From: an uncultured Desulfobacteraceae bacterium
Lineage (GTDB): Bacteria; Desulfobacterota; DSM-4660; Desulfatiglandales; Desulfatiglandaceae
Assembly (NCBI GenBank): GCA_964543315.1
Contig: CAZIXY010000001.1
Location: 1 to 42,725, forward strand
Reading direction: 5' to 3'
DNA: 42,725 nt
How positions within the stretch are numbered: the stretch's first letter is position 1; each line of letters opens with the position of its first letter. The notes below the pieces were generated by a model. The model saw nothing but the letters and a program-made list of their open reading frames with translations. It was not told where the DNA came from and made no database searches. The position numbers and the translations under genes were made by a program. Shown piece after piece: positions 18,038 through 26,129 of this stretch.

Positions 18038-18151
18038 TCAATTATGCGGAGAATATATATGAAAATAAGGTTTTTGTGTCAATCCGTAAGCCAAGTATGG
18101 TAACAAAGTTGCCTGCTCAAGAGACAATACGGTGATTTTTTTGGGATCCAT
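18038..18151 (-). pseudogene. Relic 5' fragment of a family III CoA-transferase gene (first ~26 codons, then unrelated tail and stop)
   Basis: From ATG 18151 the sequence reads MDPKKITVLSLEQATLLPYLAYGLTQ. Compare MDFFKNITVLSLEQATVLPYLTYRLAQ of the full gene at 11220. Homology ends after ~26 codons and the frame stops at 18038. Confidence 0.8.
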
Positions 18152-18269
18152 GATTTTCCCCCTTTCAGGCCCGGGGCCATGAATGATAGTGGGTTGGTGT
18201 TGGATGAATGGCAACTTCAAATGAGCAGTTCAAGTCTTTGTGTACTGTATACAATATGCACTGTCAAGG
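18083..18269. repeat. Copy B of the duplicated CoA-transferase 5' codons, 5'-UTR and promoter segment
   Basis: See copy A (11149-11337). Same orientation. It overlaps the last codons of mltG. Confidence 0.85.
18239..18267 (-). promoter_or_regulatory. Putative sigma70 promoter (duplicate) driving the epimerase-ACAD-etfBA operon, with the same palindromic operator
   Basis: On the minus strand: -35 TTGACA (18267-18262), a 17-nt spacer, and -10 TACACA (18244-18239). TGTATACA lies at 18246-18253. The sequence is identical to 11307-11335. Confidence 0.5.
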
Positions 18270-19298
18270 GTTTTTTCGGCGGGTTCCGCGCCTTTTTTTC
18301 TGATAGATTTCTACCGCCTTGTTGTGTTCGGAAAGGGTCTCTGAAAAATAATGACTGCCGTCATTTTTTGAAACAAAATACAGGTATTTACTGTCCGCCG
18401 GATAAAGAATCGCCTTGATTGCTTCCTTGCCGGGATTTGATATCGGCCCGGGCGGCAGCCCTCGAATGATATATGTATTGTAGGGAGTGCTTTGATTGAG
18501 ATGCTCTCGTGTAAGATCTCCGTCAAATTTCTTCAGACCGTATATCACCGTGGGATCACTTTCGAGGCGCATGTTTTTTTCCAGTCGATTTAAGAAAACA
18601 CTCGCAATAAGCGGCCTTTCTTTTGCACGGCCGGTCTCTTTTTCCACGATAGAGGCAAGGATAACCACTTCCTGCATCGTCATGTCCAATTCCTCGGCCC
18701 TTTTCCGGAATGGAGCAGTGACCTGCCGGAATCGATTGACCATCGTATCAATTACTGAAATGGCGGGCAATCCTCGGCCGAAATGATAGGTGTCGGGGTA
18801 CAGGTAGCCTTCCAGCCCTGTTCCGGACACGCCATATCGCTTTGAAATTTCAGGATTTTCTGTAAGTGATAGAAACTCCTTCTTTTTTATAAGACCCCTT
18901 TTTTCCAACAATTCTCCTATCTGCATCCTGGTAAATCCTTCGGGGATGGTTACCGGATGCAGTAAGACAGCACCCTTGCTTAAGACATTGAGGATCTTGA
19001 GTGGCGGCATACCGGAATTCAGCACATATTCCCCGGCTTTGATGTTTGTGCTGTGACCCATGAGCCTGGCCCAAAAAAGGAAAAGGCCTTTGTTCGTGAT
19101 AATTTCCCTTCTGTTGAGTTCGCCGGCCACCTCCTTAAGAGTTGCGCCGTCCCGGACGATGAATAACTGATCGTCTCCACCTCCTTTGGCAGGGCTCATG
19201 AGATAATACCCGTATGCGAAAAGCACAAAGACAACCATTAGAAAACAAAAAGCGATTGCAAAAAGTATGGATCTCCTGTGAGACAACGGATGCTGCAT
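18264..19298 (-). CDS. mltG: Endolytic murein transglycosylase MltG (YceG-like)
   Basis: 344 aa. N-terminal TM anchor and YceG-family sequence (FTIPEG-type block TIPEGFTRMQIGELL, ASIVEKET, LESDPTVIYG). Confidence 0.88.
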   Translation of the reverse strand: MQHPLSHRRSILFAIAFCFLMVVFVLFAYGYYLMSPAKGGGDDQLFIVRDGATLKEVAGELNRREIITNKGLFLFWARLMGHSTNIKAGEYVLNSGMPPLKILNVLSKGAVLLHPVTIPEGFTRMQIGELLEKRGLIKKKEFLSLTENPEISKRYGVSGTGLEGYLYPDTYHFGRGLPAISVIDTMVNRFRQVTAPFRKRAEELDMTMQEVVILASIVEKETGRAKERPLIASVFLNRLEKNMRLESDPTVIYGLKKFDGDLTREHLNQSTPYNTYIIRGLPPGPISNPGKEAIKAILYPADSKYLYFVSKNDGSHYFSETLSEHNKAVEIYQKKRRGTRRKNP

Positions 19299-19466
19299 AA
19301 TAACTCCTGGTCAAAACATTCTTTATTTTTCTATGTAATATTCGCTAATATTTCAAGGACAAGATATATTTCACACGGCTGTTGCTGGTACTTTCCGGTA
19401 AAAAACGTCGTGTCGAATTTCCCGTTGGGGGAAAACACCCACTACCGCAATATAAGGAGTGTAAAA

Positions 19467-20594
19467 ATGAGGTGCCGCCCACTGTCTTTTGCGATCACGA
19501 TGGCTCTGTTCATAATCTTAATGGCCTTAAGACCGGCTGCTGCAAACAACATGCCCGTTGGAGAGATTACTGAAACAAAAGGACCCGTCCAGATTACGAA
19601 AGATGACGGTAGGGAGATACGAGCCGAAAAAGGAACTCCCCTTTTTCCCGGAGATCAGATCGCGACGGGAAAAGGAGCCTTTGTTTGGTTTTCATTTCAA
19701 CACGGGGATCAATTCAGGCTGGATGAAGAGGCCCAAGCATCCATCGACGAGTTGTCCGGCAGTGAATTGGAAGACCATATGCCCGTGCTTCAGCTTGCAC
19801 TGGGGTATTTGTGGTCTAAAATCCAGAAACTCAGGGGCGAACTGCACAGGACGGTCGTCCATACACCCACTGCGGTTCTCGGTGTCCGGGGAACGGAATT
19901 TGACACCGTCGTATCCATGGACGCGACATCCGCCATCACGGTTGACGATGGCACAGTCGAGGTAGAGACGGAAGATGAAAAGACGCTGGTCGGCAAAGGG
20001 AAGATGACGGAGGTTGAGATTGACAAAAGGCCGACAACCCCCACGCCCGCAATCCCCAAGGAAAAGAGGGACTGGAAGGAATGGAGAAAAAAGAAGGTAA
20101 AGAGACTTCTTAAAAACCTCCCCCAAAAGGTACCGAAGTATCGAGGGAGATTCGAAACGCGTGTGGATCGATTTTCACAGTTTATGGCCCGAATCAGGAA
20201 CACTTCCGCCCAAATTGATGCAACAATCGCACAAATACGACAGGCCGGAATACAAAGGGATCGCCAAAAGGCATTGCAATCGTTCGGGCGACTGAAGGCC
20301 CAGACCCAGGGATTTAAAAAAATGGTTGGGAGATTTAGAAAAGCACTCAACCGTGTTCGTGTGATGGGCAGGTTTTCTAAACGACTTGAAAAATTTGCTT
20401 CCAAGATTAAAGAGCGCTACAGCGCGCAGGAATTTAGCGTCATCGAATCCAATCTTATGGCAGTCAGCGAGAAGAGGGCCCAGTTGAAAACCCATACCAG
20501 AGAGACGGTTTTCACCATCAAAAAGACTTTCAGAAAGCTGAGAAAATTCAGAGAAGAGGCCCGAGCACGACGGGCCCGTAGGACGCGTCAGTAA
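19467..20594 (+). CDS. Secreted FecR-domain protein with a long Lys/Arg-rich helical C-terminal region
   Basis: The ORF starts at 19278. The likely start is ATG 19467, 7 nt after AAGGAG. It has a signal peptide (MRCRPLSFAITMALFIILMALRPAAA) and a FecR-like beta-rich domain (GDQIATGKGAFVWFSF...TAVLGVRGTEF). The last ~200 aa are very basic and predicted helical. Confidence 0.7.
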   Translation: MRCRPLSFAITMALFIILMALRPAAANNMPVGEITETKGPVQITKDDGREIRAEKGTPLFPGDQIATGKGAFVWFSFQHGDQFRLDEEAQASIDELSGSELEDHMPVLQLALGYLWSKIQKLRGELHRTVVHTPTAVLGVRGTEFDTVVSMDATSAITVDDGTVEVETEDEKTLVGKGKMTEVEIDKRPTTPTPAIPKEKRDWKEWRKKKVKRLLKNLPQKVPKYRGRFETRVDRFSQFMARIRNTSAQIDATIAQIRQAGIQRDRQKALQSFGRLKAQTQGFKKMVGRFRKALNRVRVMGRFSKRLEKFASKIKERYSAQEFSVIESNLMAVSEKRAQLKTHTRETVFTIKKTFRKLRKFREEARARRARRTRQ

Positions 20595-20656
20595 GCGGAT
20601 AGTGGAACTTTTTATTGATTCCTCTATCGGGGTATTCCACTACTAAATGTTTATGG

Positions 20657-20682
20657 ACGGCGAAGCTTGCCCGCCGTTTTTT
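20657..20682 (+). terminator. Rho-independent terminator of the FecR-domain gene
   Basis: CGGCG-aagcttgcc-CGCCG followed by T7 (20676-20682). Confidence 0.55.
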
Positions 20683-20918
20683 TGGTGGGCTTGTCCGCCG
20701 TCTGGCAGGCGGGGTATGGGGCTCTTCGAAAGACCGTATCTTTCGGATCGATTCTCCTCTGCCCTGTGCCGCGGCCCGAGTCGCTGGCTGCGTTGCAACA
20801 GCCCCATGATATCCACTACCTTCCTTTCCAGCGGCCCCGAGGGAGGGCCGCTTGCAACTCAGGAGCAGATGCAGCCTGGAGAAGAGTGTCATGCCGAGCC
20901 TTTTTCCTGGACTAAACA
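20661..20918. repeat. GC-rich structured repeat, copy 1
   Basis: Aligns by eye with 24342-24586 in direct orientation, roughly 75-80% identity over ~215 bp. Conserved hairpins: CCGCC-N8-GGCGG (20694-20711), a CGAAAGA...TCTTTCG stem, and AGCGGCCC-N7-GGGCCGCT (20829-20851). Confidence 0.8.
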
Positions 20919-20962
20919 ATCAATATAACGCCGGCCACAAAGGCTTTGCAAGGAGCTTTTAC

Positions 20963-22168
20963 TTACAAGAGGCTGGCATTCAGAAAGTCGGGGTTCAGTT
21001 TTTTCAAGATACGTACCATATTGTTCAACTGCACCTGTACCGTCCCCTCGTACATCTCCACAATGCGGTTATCCCGGTATCTGCGTTCCACGTCCTGTTC
21101 CAGGAAATACCCATATCCTCCGAACACGGTTATGGCGTCATCAATGACTCCCTTGGCGGTTTCCGGAACATAGTGTTTGACCATGGATGTGAGCAGGGGG
21201 ACGGTGGCGGCCATTTTGCGGGGCGTATGGTCACAAAACCAGGCCGATTGATAAGTGAGCCATTTCATTGATTGAACCTGGCTCCACATCCTTGCCAATT
21301 TATGCCCTATACCCTGGAAATCAATGATCGGTCGATTGAATTGCTTCCTGCCTTTTGCATGAATCAGCGCCTTTAGAAACGCCCCTTCTGCAATACCCAG
21401 TGACTGTGCCGCTATCTCGATGCGGCTTTCATCGAGAAAATCCAGGATATTCATAAGACCTCGTCCCTTTTCACCTAATAAATTCGCGCTGGGCACCTCC
21501 AGGTTTTTGAAGACCAGTTCTCCGCTGGAAGACATCCTCAGGCCCATTTTGTTGGGGATCTCGTTGATCTCCAGCTCCCCGCCCATCCACGTCGACGGAT
21601 CACGGTCAACAAGCAGGGTGCTCATGCCCTGACCCCGTCTCGCCTCCTGATCGGTCTGGCAGAGGACGATGAAAAAGTCGGCGTAGCCGGCATTTGTCGT
21701 AAAGATCTTGGTCCCGTCAATAATATACCGGTCATCCTTTTCCACCGCGGTCGTCGCCATGGCCGTAATGTCGCTTCCGTGGTCCGGCTCTGTGAAAGAT
21801 ACGGCCGAAACAGAGTCCCCCTGTATCATGGGGCTCAGGAATTTTCGATGCTGCTCCGGCGTGCCGAAAAACTTCACGATCTTTGCCGGCAGGTATGCCA
21901 GATGAATCGCCATGCCGATACCGGAGTCGGCCTTGCAAAATTCCTCCACCGCAAGCACGTTTTCCATGACGCCGAGGCCTTCACCCCCGATTTCCTTGGG
22001 ATAGTTCAGTCCTATGAATCCCAGTTCCCCGGCCTGCTTATAGAGATCTTTCGGAAATTTGTGATTCAACTCATATTCAACAGCCCTTTCAGAAGAAAAC
22101 TCTCCCTCTGCAAATTCCGCTGCAGCCCTCTTGATGTCTCTCTGTTCCCTTGTAAGTGAAAAGTCCAT
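20963..22168 (-). CDS. Acyl-CoA dehydrogenase
   Basis: 401 aa. ACAD family (MDFSLTREQRDIKRAAAEFAEGEF... and a C-terminal YEGTVQVQ block). Confidence 0.9.
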   Translation of the reverse strand: MDFSLTREQRDIKRAAAEFAEGEFSSERAVEYELNHKFPKDLYKQAGELGFIGLNYPKEIGGEGLGVMENVLAVEEFCKADSGIGMAIHLAYLPAKIVKFFGTPEQHRKFLSPMIQGDSVSAVSFTEPDHGSDITAMATTAVEKDDRYIIDGTKIFTTNAGYADFFIVLCQTDQEARRGQGMSTLLVDRDPSTWMGGELEINEIPNKMGLRMSSSGELVFKNLEVPSANLLGEKGRGLMNILDFLDESRIEIAAQSLGIAEGAFLKALIHAKGRKQFNRPIIDFQGIGHKLARMWSQVQSMKWLTYQSAWFCDHTPRKMAATVPLLTSMVKHYVPETAKGVIDDAITVFGGYGYFLEQDVERRYRDNRIVEMYEGTVQVQLNNMVRILKKLNPDFLNASLL

Positions 22169-22228
22169 AGCGTCTTCTCCACATTAAATCACTTATTTTT
22201 TGTTCATATTAAAATCTTAAATGGGCAC

Positions 22229-23380
22229 TTACTTGTATCTGGCAATCGCCTTACCACTCCTTATCATCTCTTTTCCGATAATCATCCTCTGGATTTGATT
22301 GGTGCCCTCAAAAATCTGAGTCAGTTTGGCATCCCTGAACATCCTTTCCAGGGGATAGTCCTTAGTATAGCCGTATCCACCGAGTATCTGGACCATGTCC
22401 GTAGTGATCTTCATGGACGCGTCACTGCAGAAATATTTTGACATGGAGGCCAGGTCGGTGTTCGGTTTTCCCGCATCGTGCATGAGGGCGGCCCTTTCCA
22501 TCAGTCCCCGTCCCGCCTCTATTTGTGTGCTGGCATCCGCTAACATGAACTGTATGGCCTGGTGCTCGACAAGGCTTTTTCCAAAAGAGGTGCGGTTGAG
22601 GGCGTATTCAAGAGCGTATTGCACGGCCCCTTCCGCAATGCCCAGTGCAAGGGCCGCCACAGCCGGGCGTGACATGTCAAAATCCGCCATGGCAATGGCA
22701 AAACCGTCTCCCGGCTTCCCCAGCATGTTTTCCTTGGATACAACAACATCTTCAAGGATCACCTCGGATGTATTGCTGCCGCGAAACCCGCATTTATCCT
22801 CCACCTTTCCAATGCTGATACCGTCCTGGTTCCTGTCTACGACAAAGAAAGAAAGCTCCTTTTCCCCTGATCTTGCAAGCACCGAATAGATGCCGGCTAC
22901 TGCCCCGTTTGTGGCAAAGACCTTTCTTCCGTTCAAGACATAGTTTTCACTGGAGGGCTTTGCAGTGCACGTAATGGCCTGCACGTCCGATCCGGCCCCG
23001 GGCTCGCTGACCAGGTAGGCGATCAGTTCACGCCCCTCTGAAATCCTTGGAAAACACCTTTCTTTTTGTCGCTGATTGGCGGCTGAGATAATGGGAAAGC
23101 TGCCTACGGCCTGAATGACCAAAAGTAGCGCTGAAGAAGCACAGGCCTTGGAAATTTCCTCAATGGAAAGGCAGAGAGTATGACACGGATTGTGCGGCCA
23201 GCCGCCATAGGTCTCGGGGAGCATGATCTGAAGGAGGCCCATGTCCCAGAATAAGGAGACCGTGTTCCAGTTAAACTCGCCTTTTCTGTCAATTTCTCCG
23301 GCAACCGGTGCTATTTTGTCTTTGACAAGCCTTCCCAGGTTGTCTAACAGGATTTTTTGGTCTTCCGTAGTCTCGATCAT
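22229..23380 (-). CDS. Acyl-CoA dehydrogenase
   Basis: 383 aa. ACAD family (C-terminal IFEGTNQIQRMIIG). Confidence 0.92.
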   Translation of the reverse strand: MIETTEDQKILLDNLGRLVKDKIAPVAGEIDRKGEFNWNTVSLFWDMGLLQIMLPETYGGWPHNPCHTLCLSIEEISKACASSALLLVIQAVGSFPIISAANQRQKERCFPRISEGRELIAYLVSEPGAGSDVQAITCTAKPSSENYVLNGRKVFATNGAVAGIYSVLARSGEKELSFFVVDRNQDGISIGKVEDKCGFRGSNTSEVILEDVVVSKENMLGKPGDGFAIAMADFDMSRPAVAALALGIAEGAVQYALEYALNRTSFGKSLVEHQAIQFMLADASTQIEAGRGLMERAALMHDAGKPNTDLASMSKYFCSDASMKITTDMVQILGGYGYTKDYPLERMFRDAKLTQIFEGTNQIQRMIIGKEMIRSGKAIARYK

Positions 23381-23422
23381 ATCTGCCTCACTAAGTCCCT
23401 TAAAATCTGATATCCCGGCTGG

Positions 23423-24217
23423 TTACCAGCCGGCTCCGGCCTGATCCTTTAACTCCAGGCTCAATTGATGGGCCAGTTTTCTGGCCCATTTGCCGATTTT
23501 TTCATAGTTGTCGGTGGTGATCCGGAAGGACGGCCCCGCGACACCCAGACAGGCGGATATAATTCCCTCATGATCGTAAACAGGTGCCGCGATCCTGCAC
23601 ACACCCGCCCTCATTTCCTCGTGATCCACTGCATATCCTTTTTTCCTCACCTCATGTAATTCCTTTTCCAAGTCCCCAAAGTTTATGATGGTATGCTCCG
23701 TAATCTTGGGCAACCCCATCCTTTCCATGACATGCCTGAGTTTTTCGCCGGTCATATGGGCGAGGTAGACCTTTCCCGGCGCCGTGGCATGGAAATACGG
23801 ATAGGCGCTACCGATCCTTGAGAAAAGCCTCACAGCCTCCGGGCCTTCCATCTCGTCTATCAGGATGAGCTGATCCTTAACCCTCGCAGACAGCTCTGCT
23901 GTCTCCCCGCTCAGTTCAACCATCCGTTTCAAGTATCCCCTGGCCTGGGATCGAAATCCCATCCGGTTCAAGAAGATATTGCCAAGGTAGAGAAACTTGA
24001 AACCGAGCCTGTAGGTTTTCTGTTCCCTGTCAAATATGACATAGCCGTTCTCCCTCAGGACGGAAAGTATCCGCCAGAGAGAAGGCACGGGGATGACCAG
24101 CCTCTCGCTTATTGACTTGAGGGTGAGCTCGGATTCTTCCTCGGCCATGAGTTCAAGGACCCTCAATCCTCTGGCCAGGGCCGGGGCCATTTGATTTTTT
24201 CTTTTATTCTTTTTCAT
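23423..24217 (-). CDS. IclR-family transcriptional regulator
   Basis: 264 aa. N-terminal wHTH (ALARGLRVLELMAEEESELTLKSISERLVIPVPSLWRILSVLRENGYV) plus an IclR effector domain. ATG 24190 is an alternative start. Confidence 0.9.
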   Translation of the reverse strand: MKKNKRKNQMAPALARGLRVLELMAEEESELTLKSISERLVIPVPSLWRILSVLRENGYVIFDREQKTYRLGFKFLYLGNIFLNRMGFRSQARGYLKRMVELSGETAELSARVKDQLILIDEMEGPEAVRLFSRIGSAYPYFHATAPGKVYLAHMTGEKLRHVMERMGLPKITEHTIINFGDLEKELHEVRKKGYAVDHEEMRAGVCRIAAPVYDHEGIISACLGVAGPSFRITTDNYEKIGKWARKLAHQLSLELKDQAGAGW

Positions 24218-24243
24218 ATATGAAATATTATTTTCACATATGA
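24214..24243. promoter_or_regulatory. Inverted repeat overlapping the IclR start region (candidate autoregulatory operator)
   Basis: TCATATATGAAA (24214-24225) and TTTCACATATGA (24232-24243) form 12-bp arms matching at 11 of 12 positions, with a 6-bp AT spacer. Confidence 0.4.
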
Positions 24244-24341
24244 TAATGTGCTTCCGTCACATTGTCAACCCTCTGCCCTCAAATTAAATCTGCCGCCAGG
24301 TTTGAAAAGCCTCATTAACATTTCATAAAACTTCAGCCTAT

Positions 24342-24586
24342 GCCGCTTTTGAAAACACCCCCCATGACTTGCCCGCCGTCCGGCAGGCGGGGAATGGGAC
24401 TCTTCGAAGGGATGCATCTTTCGAATCAAACCTCCTCCGCACTGTTACGCGGCCCGAGTCGCGGCCTGCATTGCAACGACCTCATGTTGTCGACTACCTT
24501 CCCTTCCAGCGGCCCGCAGGGAGGGCCGCTTGCAGCGTAGGAGTAGATGCGTCCTGGAGAAGAGTGCCATGCCGAGCCCTAAACAA
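24342..24586. repeat. GC-rich structured repeat, copy 2
   Basis: See copy 1. Conserved hairpin AGCGGCCC-N7-GGGCCGCT at 24508-24530. It carries a 5' module GCCGCTTTTGAAAACACCCCCCATGAC that recurs at 24819. Confidence 0.8.
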
Positions 24587-24818
24587 CCGCGGGCCTATAA
24601 AACTTAAATCTCTTCGGATACATGGGGGTTGGGCCATGGCAATCTCTTTTCAAATTGCGCATCCCGACTTCTGCCGAAAGAGTCGAACGCCCCCATTCCC
24701 GCAAACAGACGGCCCGGAGCAAATATTGAAGCCTAATACCACGACAAATACTCCCTTCAGGGGCTGTCCAGGGATGCATTTTCAGGCCTCACTAACAATC
24801 CATAATAGGTCATCAAAC

Positions 24819-24913
24819 GCGGCTTTTGAAAACAGACCCCCATGCCCCTATTTTACTGCATAATGGAGGCAAAGCGCGAAGCTTGTCCGCCGTCCGGCAG
24901 GCGGGGCACAAGC
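24819..24913. repeat. GC-rich structured repeat, partial copy 3 (5' part only)
   Basis: GCGGCTTTTGAAAACAGACCCCCATGCC is followed by GCTTGTCCGCCGTCCGGCAGGCGGGGCACAAGC. The latter is an extended hairpin equivalent to the first stem of copies 1 and 2. Confidence 0.6.
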
Positions 24914-25062
24914 CTCAATGATAACCTCTTTTTGCCATTGACAATACAACCCCTTTTTCCTTACCTTTTAACCTGACGTGGACATCCAGGGCATGGTATA
25001 CGAGACTCTTTTTTCAGGAACCTCGGCCAATGCCGCAGGCCCGCGAACCAGGAGAAGGAGCG

Positions 25063-25467
25063 ATGATGCAAAATCACGACATCGTGGAAGCCATAGGAAA
25101 GGACTCCTTTGCATGGCTCCAAAAAAAGTTCGACAAGACAACGACACTGAAAGATCTTCCGGATGGCATCCTTTATCGTATTGCCGCAGTTGACATGTCA
25201 GTAAGGGATTATGCAAGCGACAAAAACACGGTCATTGCCATTGCGTTGATCACCTTTGCCTACAATCTCGCAGGCATGGTTCAGCAGCCGCGATTCGGAC
25301 CCAAGGATATCCTTTTATTAAAGATGCTGGCCAAGAGAGAAAAAACAAGAAGGGAGGGACAGACCGGCTTCGATCATGCACAGCTGGAGCACCCCCTTTT
25401 TGAACTTATTACCGGAGAAATCGGTGGCCGGATCAGGAGCATGCGCACCATCAACAGTCCAATATGA
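25063..25467 (+). CDS. Hypothetical protein (no recognisable motif)
   Basis: The ORF spans 25030-25467. ATG 25063 or 25066 follows GGAGAAGGAG. The composition looks coding, but I recognise no family. Confidence 0.5.
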   Translation: MMQNHDIVEAIGKDSFAWLQKKFDKTTTLKDLPDGILYRIAAVDMSVRDYASDKNTVIAIALITFAYNLAGMVQQPRFGPKDILLLKMLAKREKTRREGQTGFDHAQLEHPLFELITGEIGGRIRSMRTINSPI

Positions 25468-25581
25468 TTATGGTAAATATTGAAGAATCCCCACCCATCC
25501 AAGAATCAACTACGCGGGGAAGGGCGGGGCCTTATTCCCGAGCAAAAATTCTACAGCCGCCAAACGGCACCCACACGGCCC

Positions 25582-25610
25582 TTGACACACTAACTGCTTT
25601 ATCCTATGGT
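25582..25610 (+). promoter_or_regulatory. Putative sigma70 promoter for the NUDIX/AsmA-like gene pair
   Basis: TTGACA (25582-25587), 17-nt spacer, TATGGT (25605-25610). It lies ~28 nt upstream of the NUDIX start. Confidence 0.45.
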
Positions 25611-25637
25611 GCCCTGACTCAAAAGAGGCTGATTTAA

Positions 25638-26129
25638 ATGAAGAATGAAATAATAGGAGAGAATCCAACCCACCGTCCGAGGTCCTCAGCAGGCAGGAAG
25701 GATGAATTATCCTGCCCCCACTGCGGCAAGGTGGTGGAGAAATACCGGAATCCTTTTCCAACTGTTGATATTGTTATTGAACTGGACAAGCACGGGATCG
25801 TGCTTATTAAGAGAAAAAATCCTCCTTTCGGGTGGGCACTTCCTGGAGGTTTTGTTGATTACGGTGAAAGCCTTGAATCAGCCGCCCTCAGGGAGGCCAG
25901 AGAAGAAACCGGCTTAGATGTGGAGCTTTTGTACCAATTAGGCGCGTATTCAGATCCGGAAAGGGATCCCAGGCATCACACCATTTCAGTGGTTTTCGTG
26001 GCCAGGGCCACGGGAGAACCGAAAGCGGCTGACGATGCCGAAGACGTGGGTGTTTTCGACCGAAATTCCCTTCCCGAGCAACTTGCATTCGATCATGCAA
26101 AAATCCTGCAAGACTATTTCGAGAAATGA
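25638..26129 (+). CDS. NUDIX hydrolase with an N-terminal zinc-ribbon-like CxxC
   Basis: Nudix box [24 protein letters not shown] (Gx5Ex7REUxEExGU). CPHCG is near the N-terminus. Confidence 0.9.
   Translation: MKNEIIGENPTHRPRSSAGRKDELSCPHCGKVVEKYRNPFPTVDIVIELDKHGIVLIKRKNPPFGWALPGGFVDYGESLESAALREAREETGLDVELLYQLGAYSDPERDPRHHTISVVFVARATGEPKAADDAEDVGVFDRNSLPEQLAFDHAKILQDYFEK

Noticed and set aside
18038-18220. A 60-aa ORF upstream of the epimerase gene as a genuine small gene.
   Set aside because: Only residues 24-49 are meaningful, and they duplicate the N-terminus of the CoA-transferase at 11220. The remainder is translated 5'-UTR and an unrelated tail. It is treated as a gene relic, though translation of the relic as a leader peptide cannot be excluded.
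20647-20928. ORFs inside the GC-rich repeats whose translations resemble each other (20647-20928, 20667-20915, 24340-24540, 24369-24863).
   Set aside because: The similarity simply reflects the nucleotide repeat. All three forward frames, and a reverse frame, are open because of GC richness. There is no RBS or sensible start, and copy 2 has a stop where copy 1 continues. Several differences are third-position in one frame, so coding is not strictly excluded, but RNA-like conserved hairpins fit better.
20661-24586. Possibility that the two repeat copies are the template and variable repeats of a diversity-generating retroelement.
   Set aside because: Mismatches between the copies are not restricted to adenine positions of one copy. 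Neither copy lies at the 3' end of a target gene. No reverse transcriptase is present in the window.
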